DNA from: an uncultured Actinomycetota bacterium | GTDB taxonomy: Bacteria; Actinomycetota; Actinomycetes; Actinomycetales; Microbacteriaceae | Direction: 5' to 3' | DNA length: 64,000 bases | Assembly (NCBI GenBank): GCA_963754635.1 | Contig: CAVWGM010000002.1 | Span: forward strand, 127,345-191,344 | Shown: positions 48,850 through 57,763 of the stretch, in pieces | How the letters are laid out: each line of letters begins with the position of its first letter | Position numbering within the stretch: the stretch's first letter is position 1 | Program-made: the position numbers and the translations under genes | The notes under the pieces: generated by a model | What the model saw: only the letters and a program-made list of their open reading frames with translations | Database searches by the model: none | What the model was told of the DNA's origin: nothing

Positions 48850-49839
48850 GTGGCAGGAACTCCGAGCAAGAAGCGCAAGCACCCCGGTCCGAAGAAGCAG
48901 CCGGCGCGGGGCAACCCCCAGAAGGCGCACCAGTCCGGCGATCCCCGTGTGATCGCGCCGGCGACCACGGCCGACTGGATCGCTGCGGCACGCCTGCGCA
49001 CGCTGCCCCTCGCGATCACTCCGATCCTGATCGGAACGGGTGCCGCGATGCTCGTGACCGACGAGCTGCACTGGGTCATCGCGCTGTTCTGCCTCATCGT
49101 CTCGGTGTCGCTGCAGATCGGCGTGAACTACGCCAACGACTACAGCGACGGCATCCGCGGCACCGACGACCATCGCGTGGGCCCGACCCGGCTCACCGCC
49201 TCGCGCAAGGTGAAGCCGCGCGCGGTGCTGACGGTCGCACTGCTGTTCTTCGCGATCTCCGCTGTCGCGGGCCTGGCGATCACCATCCGCACGCAGCAGT
49301 GGTGGTTCCTCGCGGTCGGCGCGGTGTGCATCCTCGCCGCCTGGTTCTACACCGGCGGCAAGCGGCCCTACGGGTACTACGGACTCGGCGAGGTCTTCGT
49401 CTTCGTGTTCTTCGGCCTCGTCGCCACGCTCGGCACCACCTGGGTGCAGGCATTCGCGCTCCCGCAGGAGGCGTGGTTCGGCGCGGTCGCCGCCGGCCTC
49501 CTCGCGTGCGCCGTGCTGCTGGCGAACAACCTGCGCGACATCGACCAGGACCGCGCGTCGGGCAAGCGCACCCTCACGGTGCTCATCGGCCGCACCGCCA
49601 CGCGGTGGCTGTTCACCATCTTCGTGCTGCTGGCGTTCGCGATCGCGGCCTTCCTCGCGCTGGTGTACCCGATCGCGTGGCTGACGCTGCTCGTACTGCT
49701 CGCGGCACTGCCGGCGATCCTCATCGTGTGGACCTATCGCGACCCGCGCGAGCTCGTCGTCGCCCTCGGCCTCACGTCGCTCACGTCGGTCGCCTACGGT
49801 GCGATCCTCGCGTGGGCGTTCGTCGGCGCTCCCCTTTGA
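48850..49839 (+). CDS. menA: 1,4-Dihydroxy-2-naphthoate polyprenyltransferase
   Basis: UbiA-family motif NDYSDGIRGTDD and multiple TM segments. Confidence 0.9.
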   Translation: MAGTPSKKRKHPGPKKQPARGNPQKAHQSGDPRVIAPATTADWIAAARLRTLPLAITPILIGTGAAMLVTDELHWVIALFCLIVSVSLQIGVNYANDYSDGIRGTDDHRVGPTRLTASRKVKPRAVLTVALLFFAISAVAGLAITIRTQQWWFLAVGAVCILAAWFYTGGKRPYGYYGLGEVFVFVFFGLVATLGTTWVQAFALPQEAWFGAVAAGLLACAVLLANNLRDIDQDRASGKRTLTVLIGRTATRWLFTIFVLLAFAIAAFLALVYPIAWLTLLVLLAALPAILIVWTYRDPRELVVALGLTSLTSVAYGAILAWAFVGAPL

Positions 49840-49920
49840 TGGGACTCCGCCCCACACCCCCGGCTTGCTGACGCGCGCCGTTCCGAGTTCGGCAGAAGCG
49901 GATGCCGCGGCCGGCGCGGC

Positions 49921-50205
49921 TCAGTCGGAAGGGCTCCGGCGGACGGCGTCGGTCGCCGCGTCCTCGGCATCCTCGTCGCTGATCGTCGTCCGCGCCTGAG
50001 CGCGACGCTCGGCGAGCCCGGACGTGAGATCGTCCAGCGGCCGGCGCAGGAACAGCATCGACAGGCTCAGGCCGATGAGGGCCGCGAAGATCGCCGCGAG
50101 CCAGTAGTACTCCCGCATGATCGGCAGCAGCATCAGCAGGCCGAACGGCACCAGGAAGGCGAGGAGCCGCAGCACCGAGTACACGAGGGCGGAGCGGGCT
50201 TTCAC
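49921..50205 (-). CDS. DUF4229-like small membrane protein
   Basis: Two TM segments: YSVLRLLAFLVPFGLLMLL and YWLAAIFAALIGLSLSMLFL. GTG start. Confidence 0.7.
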   Translation of the reverse strand: MKARSALVYSVLRLLAFLVPFGLLMLLPIMREYYWLAAIFAALIGLSLSMLFLRRPLDDLTSGLAERRAQARTTISDEDAEDAATDAVRRSPSD

Positions 50206-50312
50206 CCATCCATCGTAAGCGAGCGCCCGGTGCCGGGTGCCCCCGGGGCGGCACCGGCGACGGTTCGGTCACGAGACGGCCGGCGCGTCGCCGCGCCGCC
50301 TAGGATGGGGGC

Positions 50313-50786
50313 ATGCCTCGGGTGCTGCTGATACTGGCCCTGGTGGCGACCGCGTTCTGGGTCTTCACCATCGTCGACTGCGCGGTGCAGCCGCCCAGCC
50401 GGCACCGCGGCGTCAGCAAGCCGGTCTGGCTGCTCATCGTCATTCTGCTGCCGGTCCTCGGCGGTCTGCTCTGGCTCATCGTCGGCCGCGTCCGTCGCTC
50501 GACCGCAGCCGCCCGTCGCGCCCCCGACGACGATCCCGAGTTCCTCGGCCGCATCGGCGCCATCTCCGACCAGGACGAGCGCATCCGCCGCCTCGAGGAG
50601 GAGCTCGCCCAGCTCGACGCCGAAGATGACGATCCGCGGTGGATCGAGCCCGGAGCCTCGGCTCCCGGTGCCGCCACGGCCGGATCGCCGGACGCCCCCG
50701 CCGACCCGCCGACGCGCCCGGCCGACCCGCCGGCCAGGCCCGTCGACGGCGACGATGAGCGCGGCCAGCGCGGGGCCGTCAGCTGA
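50313..50786 (+). CDS. PLD-nuclease-N-terminal (PLDc_N) domain membrane protein
   Basis: FWVFTIVDCA..KPVWLLIVILLPVLGGLLWLIVGR. Confidence 0.75.
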   Translation: MPRVLLILALVATAFWVFTIVDCAVQPPSRHRGVSKPVWLLIVILLPVLGGLLWLIVGRVRRSTAAARRAPDDDPEFLGRIGAISDQDERIRRLEEELAQLDAEDDDPRWIEPGASAPGAATAGSPDAPADPPTRPADPPARPVDGDDERGQRGAVS

Positions 50787-50788
50787 CG

Positions 50789-52600
50789 GTGGCCGCTGAA
50801 CCCCGCGGACTCGCCTCCGCCGCGACCGACGCCGCCGCCGCGCTCCTCGGTCGACTCGTCGAACTCGGTGTGAGGCACGTCGTTCTGAGCCCCGGATCCC
50901 GTTCCCAGGCTCTCGCTCTCGTCGCGGCCGAGTTCGAGCGCCGCGCGGCGATCAGCCTGCACGTGCGCATCGACGAGCGTGTCGCGGGCTTCACCGCCCT
51001 CGGCATCGGCCGCGAGACCCGCACCCCCGCCGTGGTGCTGTGCACCTCGGGCACCGCCGTCGCCGGGCTGCTCCCGGCCGCGCTCGAGGCGCATCACGCC
51101 GGTGTGCCGCTGCTGCTGCTCACCGGCGACCGGCCGCCCGAGCTTCGAGGGGTCGGCGCGAACCAGACCACCCGGCAGCCGGGGATGTTCGCGCCGAGCG
51201 TCCGGTTCGAGGCGGACCTGCCCGTCCCCGAGAGCATCGACGACACGGGCGACGACGAGCAGAGCGTCATGCTGAGAGCCGTCGCCGACGAGGCCTACGC
51301 CGCGGCGCTCGGCGCGGGGCTCCGTTCGCCGGGTCCGGTGCACCTGAATCTTCCCTGCCGAGAGCCGCTCGCCGGAGACCTGCCGGAGTGGTTCGGGGTC
51401 CCGACCGCCGAGCTCGGCTCCGCCGGGGGTGAGCACCCCGATGGCCCGCCTGTCGAGGCGCCCGTCGAGGACGAGGCGTCCGGCGCTCTCTACCAGGGCG
51501 GCGGCGGCATCGGCGAGTCCGATCTGCCGGACGCCCCCGAGGACCTGCCGTTCCTGCTCGCACGCGGCCCTCGCACGCTGGTCGTCGCAGGGGCCGACGC
51601 CGGGCCCGATGCCGAGGACCTCGCGCACGCCGGGGGATGGCCGCTCGTGGCCGAGGTCGTCAGCGGCGCGCGGTTCGGACGAAACCTCGTGCACGGCTAC
51701 CGCGCCCTGCTGCGCGATCCCGGCCTCGGCGGCCGTGTCGAGCGGGTCGTCGTGCTCGGGCATCCGACACTGAGCCGAGAGGTCGCGGCCCTGCTGTCCG
51801 ACCCCGAGATCGAGGTCTTCGCCCTGCGCGGGCCCGGTGAGCCCCTCAACCTCAACGGCGCGACGACCGCCGTCGACACGGTGGGGGTCGCTGTCGGCGA
51901 TGCCGACCGCGCGTGGCTCGGAGCCTGGCTGCAGGCCTCGCGTGCGGCATCCGTCGATCTGTCGCCTCCCGCGCCCGACCCCGAGGGTCTCACGTCGGCA
52001 GTGCCCGAGGAGCGCCTCGGGGCGATCGCCGCTGAACTGAGCGTCGTGCGCGCGCCGCTGGATCGCGCTTCGCTCGTCGACGCCGTCTGGCGAGCCACCT
52101 GGCCGCACGACCGGCTGGTGTTCGGATCGTCTCGGCTGGTGCGCGTCGCCGACGATGTGCTCGGCGGCAAGAAGGTGCCCGTGCACGCCAATCGCGGACT
52201 GGCGGGGATCGACGGCACCGTGGCCACTGCGACCGGGATCGCGCTCGCGAGTCAGGCGGATGGGCGGCCCGGAGTCACCCGTGTGCTGCTGGGCGATCTC
52301 GCGCTGCTGCATGACGTGGGGGCGATGCTCCTGCCACCCGCGGAGGACGAGCCGCGCCTGCAGGTGATCGTCGGGAACGACGGCGGCGGCACGATCTTCG
52401 ACGGGCTCGAGGTGGCGGGCGTCGCGGGCGAGGATGCGATGGACCGCGTGCTGTACACGCCGCATGCGGTGCGGCTGGAACAGCTCGCGGTGGCGTACGG
52501 GTGGGAGTATCGCCGCTGCACGACACGCTCTGCGCTCGATCAGACGCTGACGTCGCCGGCGGGCGGGCGGCAGCTCATCGAGGTGCCGCTGGAGCGGTAG
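50789..52600 (+). CDS. menD: SEPHCHC synthase (2-succinyl-5-enolpyruvyl-6-hydroxy-3-cyclohexene-1-carboxylate synthase)
   Basis: ThDP enzyme: SPGSRSQALA, CTSGTAVAGL and GDLALLHD. Confidence 0.9.
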   Translation: MAAEPRGLASAATDAAAALLGRLVELGVRHVVLSPGSRSQALALVAAEFERRAAISLHVRIDERVAGFTALGIGRETRTPAVVLCTSGTAVAGLLPAALEAHHAGVPLLLLTGDRPPELRGVGANQTTRQPGMFAPSVRFEADLPVPESIDDTGDDEQSVMLRAVADEAYAAALGAGLRSPGPVHLNLPCREPLAGDLPEWFGVPTAELGSAGGEHPDGPPVEAPVEDEASGALYQGGGGIGESDLPDAPEDLPFLLARGPRTLVVAGADAGPDAEDLAHAGGWPLVAEVVSGARFGRNLVHGYRALLRDPGLGGRVERVVVLGHPTLSREVAALLSDPEIEVFALRGPGEPLNLNGATTAVDTVGVAVGDADRAWLGAWLQASRAASVDLSPPAPDPEGLTSAVPEERLGAIAAELSVVRAPLDRASLVDAVWRATWPHDRLVFGSSRLVRVADDVLGGKKVPVHANRGLAGIDGTVATATGIALASQADGRPGVTRVLLGDLALLHDVGAMLLPPAEDEPRLQVIVGNDGGGTIFDGLEVAGVAGEDAMDRVLYTPHAVRLEQLAVAYGWEYRRCTTRSALDQTLTSPAGGRQLIEVPLER

Positions 52601-52647
52601 CCGGAATTCTTCTCGCCCCGCACGCACGGGGTCGGCATGATGGGCAC

Positions 52648-53511
52648 ATGACTGCGATCAGCCAGAAGCACTGGACCGGCGATGTGGGCGAGCTGCTGCG
52701 CGTGGGTGAGGGCTTCGTGCTCGCCGACGTCGACCCCCGGTCCACCCCGGGCTACGTGAAGGACAAGGTGCACGCGGCCGAGGATCTGATCTCAGGCGCA
52801 GAGCAGCTCGACGAGTACCAGGAGCGCCTGTACGCGCAGAGTCGCGTCGACGCGACGGACGCGTCCGTGCTGCTCGTGCTGCAGGCGATGGATTCGGCGG
52901 GCAAGGGCGGCATTCTCCGGCACGTCGTCGGTTCTGTCGATCCGCAGGGGGTGCAGATCACGGCGTTCAAGAAGCCCACGCCCGAGGAGCTCGAGCACGA
53001 CTTCCTGTGGCGGATCGCCCAGCGCGTTCCCGTGCCCGGCATCATCGGGGTCTTCGACCGGTCCCACTACGAGGACGTGCTGATCGGCCGGGTGCGCGAG
53101 CTGGCTCCACCCGAAGAGATCGAGCGCCGTTACGGTGCGATCAACGACTTCGAGAAGCAGCTGGCGGATGCCGGGACCCGCGTGGTCAAAGTGATGCTGC
53201 ACATCTCGACCGACGAGCAGAAGGCCCGCCTGACCGAGCGCCTCGACCGGCCTGAGAAGCACTGGAAGTACAACCCCGGCGACGTCGACGAGCGCGAGCT
53301 GTGGCCGAAGTACATGGACGCCTACCAGCAGGTCTTCGCCCGCACCTCGACCGAGCACGCGCCGTGGCACGTGGTTCCCGCGGACCGCAAGTGGTACGCG
53401 CGCATCGCGGTGCAGAACCTGCTGCTCGAGGCGCTCGAGGGTATCGACCCGCACTGGCCGGTCGCCACCTTCGACGTCGAGGCCGAGAAGAAGCGCCTCG
53501 CGGCGACGTGA
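52648..53511 (+). CDS. ppk2: Polyphosphate kinase 2 family protein
   Basis: QAMDSAGKGG Walker-A-like motif, FDRSHYEDV and the lid region. Confidence 0.9.
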   Translation: MTAISQKHWTGDVGELLRVGEGFVLADVDPRSTPGYVKDKVHAAEDLISGAEQLDEYQERLYAQSRVDATDASVLLVLQAMDSAGKGGILRHVVGSVDPQGVQITAFKKPTPEELEHDFLWRIAQRVPVPGIIGVFDRSHYEDVLIGRVRELAPPEEIERRYGAINDFEKQLADAGTRVVKVMLHISTDEQKARLTERLDRPEKHWKYNPGDVDERELWPKYMDAYQQVFARTSTEHAPWHVVPADRKWYARIAVQNLLLEALEGIDPHWPVATFDVEAEKKRLAAT

Positions 53512-53515
53512 GGTC

Positions 53516-54274
53516 TCACGCGATCCCGCGGGCGCTCCAGGCCGTCGCAGACACAGTGAACGGCGCCGGGAGGAGCAGCTCGAGACAGCGCGCCCTGACC
53601 TGCTCACGATCGGCTTCGCTGAGCGCGGCGAGCTGCTTTCCGGCGGGCGACACCCCCAGAGTGTAGGGCTCCCACCAGTCCTCGAAGGTCGCATGGTCGA
53701 CGTCGACCGACAGCTCTGCCTCGGCCACGCCCGAGCAGCCGGCGTCTTCGAGAAGCGCACCGAGGTCGCCCGCGCGAGCCCCGACCCGGTCGGTCTCGTC
53801 GTCGGCGTCGGGCACGACCGATCGAAGGGCGCGGAAGAACGTGCTCTGCGGCGCCCGGCCGCCCGCGAAGTCCCACACGCAGACGGCGACGACGGCGCCC
53901 GGTCGCGCGACGCGCACCATCTCTCGGGCGCCGGCCGCGGCATCCGTCATGAAATGGACCACGAGCTCGGCGAGCACGGCGTCGAACGCGTGGTCCTCGA
54001 AAGGCAGCGCTTCGGCCTTCCCGTGGCGGATGTCGGCCCATGGGAAGCGGGCACGCGCGGCGGCGACGAAGCTGTCGGACGGATCCACGCCGGCGACCTC
54101 GTCGGGGCCGAGCCTCTCGCTGAGCACCGCCGTCAGCGCGCCGGGACCGCACCCCACGTCGAGTGCGCGGCCCGACGCGGTGACACCGGCGAAGTCCGCG
54201 AACACGGTGGCGAGGGGTGCCGAGTACCGGCCCATGAACCGGTCGTACGCCTCGGCGGCGACGTCGAACGACAT
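53516..54274 (-). CDS. Class I SAM-dependent methyltransferase
   Basis: Motif I: ALDVGCGPG. Confidence 0.85.
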   Translation of the reverse strand: MSFDVAAEAYDRFMGRYSAPLATVFADFAGVTASGRALDVGCGPGALTAVLSERLGPDEVAGVDPSDSFVAAARARFPWADIRHGKAEALPFEDHAFDAVLAELVVHFMTDAAAGAREMVRVARPGAVVAVCVWDFAGGRAPQSTFFRALRSVVPDADDETDRVGARAGDLGALLEDAGCSGVAEAELSVDVDHATFEDWWEPYTLGVSPAGKQLAALSEADREQVRARCLELLLPAPFTVSATAWSARGIA

Positions 54275-54383
54275 GCGGGCAGTCTAGGCGGGTCGAGTTC
54301 GCACGACGAGACCGCTGTCAGCGTCGAAATTCGGCGCGGCTTGCCGTCGCGAGCCGCGTAGCGGTCCGGCCTAGGCTGAACCG

Positions 54384-56102
54384 GTGCGCGCCCCCGATCC
54401 TGTCCACGCCGTCGCCGACCTCTACGTTCGCGAGCTCGCCGATCACGAGCCCGACGCGGCGCAGGCGATCGGCCTCGGCGACGGACCGCCGCTGACCGAT
54501 CTCGGCCCGGAGTGGCTGCAGCGCAAGTACGAGCTGCAGGGCGAGACCCTGGAGGCGCTGGACGCGGCCGGCCCCGGGGACGCCGTGCTCCGCCTCGCTC
54601 TGCGGGAGCGGCTCGAGCGGGAGAGATTGCTGTTCGACACCGGATTCACCCCACGCCTCGTGGCGGGGCTCGCGACGCCGGTGCACCTGGTGCGGTACGC
54701 AGTGGAGGGCTTGACGGTCACCCCGGATGCCGCGGGCGAGGCGCTGCTGCGCCGGCTCGAAGCCGCGCCCGCCGCGGTGCGCCAGTACATCGAGTCGCTG
54801 CGCTGGGCGCGTGATCACACGTCCCGCTTCACAGCCGGGGGCGTGGCGCCCGTGCGCCAGCTCGACACCCTCGCCGCCCAGGTCGAGGCCTGGATCGCGG
54901 GGGACTGGTTCGGCTCGGTCCCCGTGTCGCCCGACGCGGATCCCGCGGCGGGCGAGCGGGTCCGCGCTGCGGGCTCCGAGACCGCGTCAGCGCTCGGCGA
55001 GCTCGTTCGCGTACTCCGGGAGGAGCTTCCGCCGTTCGCCTCGCAGGACGGCGTCGGCGGGGACGCGTACACCGACATCGCCGCGACCATGCTCGGCGCC
55101 CGCATCGATGTCGCAGAAACGTACGCCTACGGGTGGGACGAGCTGGAGCGCCTCGTGGCCGAGGCTCGCGTTCTGGCGAGCGGGCTCGGCGGATCGGGGG
55201 ACGACCCGGTGCGTGCGGCGGCATCCGCTCTCGACCTGGACCCGCGGTACCGGCTCGAGGGAGTCGACGCGATCCGGACGTGGCTCACCGAACGCGTGGG
55301 GGCGAGCATCGAGGCGATCGACCCGGCGTTCGATCTGCCGCCCTCGGTGCACGACGTCGAGTGTCTCGTGTCGGAGTCCTCGGCCGGAGTGGTCTATTAC
55401 TCGCCCGGCGCACCGGACGGTTCCACTCCGGGCCGCGTGGTCTGGACCATTCCCAGCGGCGTGCCGGTGGCCGCGACGTGGCAGGAGGTGACGAGCGTCC
55501 ACCACGAGGGCGTGCCGGGACATCACCTGCAGTTCGTGCTCACCGCGTCGTACCCCGACCTGCACCCGTGGCAGCGGCACCTGTGCCACATTCACGGGTA
55601 TGCGGAGGGCTGGGCGCACTACGGCGAGCAGCTCGCCGAGGAGCTCGGGCTCGTCCGCGATGACGCCGAGCGGCTCGGTTTCGTGCTCGGGCAGATCTGG
55701 CGTGCCGTGCGCATCGTCGCCGACATCGGCCTGCACACCGGCGCGCCGGTGCCCGAGAACTCGCTCGTGCCGGCCGGTGACTGGACACCTGAGCTGGCGC
55801 GGCGGATGCTGGTCGACTTCGCGATGGTCGAGCCGTCGCTTGCGGGGTTCGAGGTCGACCGCTATCTGGGATGGCCCGGTCAAGCGCTGGCCTTCAAGGT
55901 CGGGGCCCGGCTGTGGAACGAGGCGCGGGAGGAGCGGCGCGCGCAGCTCGGCGCAGCGTTCTCGCTGCGCGAGTTCCACCGGGATGCGCTGGCGCTCGGA
56001 CCGATGGGCCTCGACCCGCTGCGCGAGCTGCTCGCACTGCCGCCGGTTCACCCGGATGAGCACACTCAGGGTGGCAGCGCCGGACCCCATGAGGTTCGAT
56101 AG
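54384..56102 (+). CDS. DUF885-family protein
   Basis: HEGVPGHHLQ motif typical of DUF885. Confidence 0.8.
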   Translation: MRAPDPVHAVADLYVRELADHEPDAAQAIGLGDGPPLTDLGPEWLQRKYELQGETLEALDAAGPGDAVLRLALRERLERERLLFDTGFTPRLVAGLATPVHLVRYAVEGLTVTPDAAGEALLRRLEAAPAAVRQYIESLRWARDHTSRFTAGGVAPVRQLDTLAAQVEAWIAGDWFGSVPVSPDADPAAGERVRAAGSETASALGELVRVLREELPPFASQDGVGGDAYTDIAATMLGARIDVAETYAYGWDELERLVAEARVLASGLGGSGDDPVRAAASALDLDPRYRLEGVDAIRTWLTERVGASIEAIDPAFDLPPSVHDVECLVSESSAGVVYYSPGAPDGSTPGRVVWTIPSGVPVAATWQEVTSVHHEGVPGHHLQFVLTASYPDLHPWQRHLCHIHGYAEGWAHYGEQLAEELGLVRDDAERLGFVLGQIWRAVRIVADIGLHTGAPVPENSLVPAGDWTPELARRMLVDFAMVEPSLAGFEVDRYLGWPGQALAFKVGARLWNEAREERRAQLGAAFSLREFHRDALALGPMGLDPLRELLALPPVHPDEHTQGGSAGPHEVR

Positions 56103-56113
56103 ATCGGCAGAAT

Positions 56114-56139
56114 CGCATGTGAACTCAGGTTCACATGCG
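56114..56139 (+). terminator. 11-bp hairpin immediately after the DUF885 stop codon
   Basis: CGCATGTGAAC, loop tcag, then GTTCACATGCG. Confidence 0.45.
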
Positions 56140-56192
56140 CGCTGGTCGCCGGACGGGCAGGCCCTGCGCCCGCATCGTGACGTCTGCGGGCG

Positions 56193-56392
56193 TGTGAACA
56201 AGAACGCACATGGGCGCCGGGGTTGTTCGCGCGGGAATGTGAGCACGAAGGCACGTGGGCGCCGAGGTTGATTGGCGCGGAATGTGAGCACGAAGGCACG
56301 TGGGCGCCGAGGCTGATTGGCGCGGAATGTGAGCAGGAAGGCACATGGGCGCCGGGGTTGTTCGCGCGGGAATGTGAGCACGAAGGCACATG
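56193..56392. repeat. 45-bp tandem direct repeat, 4.4 copies, two sequence variants in the order A-B-B-A-partial
   Basis: Units start at 56193, 56238, 56283, 56328 and 56373. Consensus: TGTGAGCACGAAGGCACRTGGGCGCCGRGGYTGWTYGSCGCGGGAA. Confidence 0.9.
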
Positions 56393-56512
56393 CAGATTCG
56401 AGCGAGTGCCGGCCTGAAAGCGCACCGCGCGCGAGCGATGCGAACCGGAGACGATGCTCGCACCCGAATCGCACTGCGACCGGGCGCGCTCAACGGGCGC
56501 CGAGCCTGTCGA

Positions 56513-57763
56513 CTAGGCCCGCGTCCGGCCGCGATCGTCGCGCACGACCACGCCGCCCCGCATCACGAAGTCGATCTCACGCAGGGCGCCGATCCCGGCG
56601 GTGGGGTCTCCCGGCATCGCGATCAGATCCGCGGCGAGGCCGGGCCGCAGCGTGCCGTAGACCGCCTCGTCCCCGAGCCAGCGCGCCGGTGCCGCCGTGG
56701 CGGCCTGCACGACGTCCGCCGCAGCGAGACCGCCGGCCTCCATGTGCTCGAGCTCGCGCACGATGGCCGACGTGCCCTCGAAATCCCAGTACGGCGGCAT
56801 GTCGCTGCCCAGGAGCACTTCCACGCCTGCCTCGAGGGCGTGCCGGTACGACTCCCGATGCCGTGCTGCCGCCCCGAGCGACCGTTCCTGCATCCAGGGC
56901 GGCACGCCGAGATCGTCGAAGAACGCCTGGGCGCTGGTGACCACGAGCGTCGGGACGAGTGCGCACGAGCGCTCCGCCATCAGACGAGCGACTTCCGGCG
57001 TCAGCTCATAGCCGTGCTCGACGCAGTCCAGGCCGAGCTCGACTGCTTCGGCGATGATGGCGGCTGGTCCCGCGTGGGCCGTGACCTTGCGTCCCCAGGC
57101 ATGCGCGGTAGAGATCGCCGCTGCCATCTCGGCCCGGCTGAGCTGGGCCGTCGCGATCTGCTCGTGCTCTCCGGCGATCCCGCCCGAGATCATGAGCTTG
57201 ATGAGATCGGCGCCCAACGCGATCTGACCGCGCACCCCGCGGGCGAACTCATCAGCACCGTCGCACTCGATCGTGTCTTCGGTGTCGTGACCGTGTCCGC
57301 CGGTGCAGCACAGCGCGCGCCCTGCTGTCCGAATGCGCGGACCCGCGGTCCAGCCGGCCTCGATCGCGCGACGCAGTGCGAAGTCCGCACCGGCCTTCTC
57401 GGCCACGCAGCGCACGGTCGTCACACCGGCCAGCAAGGTCCGTCGCGCGGCATCGGCCATGTAGAGCGCGAGGTCATGAGGTCCGAGAGCGCTCACCGCG
57501 TCTCCGCCCGGCCCGGGAAGCGAGAGCGAGAAGTGATTGTGCATGTTGACCAGCCCCGGCATGACGAAAGCGCCGCCGAGGTCGAAGGTCGTGGGCGTCG
57601 CGCGCACGGATGCCGCAGCCACCACGTCCCTGATCGTGCCGTCCTCGATGACCAACGCCAGACCATCGCGGGGTTCGGGTCGGTGACCGTCGACCAGCTG
57701 CAGGTTCGTCAGGGTGAGGCTGTCGTGCACGGGCAGGCGGATCGGCGCCTTCGGATCGCTCAC
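56513..57763 (-). CDS. Amidohydrolase-family metallo-hydrolase
   Basis: HxH motif (LVNMHNHF), later His and Asp ligands, and a TIM barrel. GTG 57763 overlaps the menF stop codon (GTGA). Confidence 0.85.
   Translation of the reverse strand: MSDPKAPIRLPVHDSLTLTNLQLVDGHRPEPRDGLALVIEDGTIRDVVAAASVRATPTTFDLGGAFVMPGLVNMHNHFSLSLPGPGGDAVSALGPHDLALYMADAARRTLLAGVTTVRCVAEKAGADFALRRAIEAGWTAGPRIRTAGRALCCTGGHGHDTEDTIECDGADEFARGVRGQIALGADLIKLMISGGIAGEHEQIATAQLSRAEMAAAISTAHAWGRKVTAHAGPAAIIAEAVELGLDCVEHGYELTPEVARLMAERSCALVPTLVVTSAQAFFDDLGVPPWMQERSLGAAARHRESYRHALEAGVEVLLGSDMPPYWDFEGTSAIVRELEHMEAGGLAAADVVQAATAAPARWLGDEAVYGTLRPGLAADLIAMPGDPTAGIGALREIDFVMRGGVVVRDDRGRTRA

Noticed and set aside
56193-56392. A CRISPR array, or a repeat-containing protein (ORFs 56223..56417 plus strand, 56066..56425 and 56131..56493 minus strand).
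   Set aside because: The repeats are directly abutting, with no spacers, and no cas genes are nearby. The repetitive peptides arise on both strands simply because the unit length is a multiple of 3. The region lies between two convergent genes and has no start-site signals.
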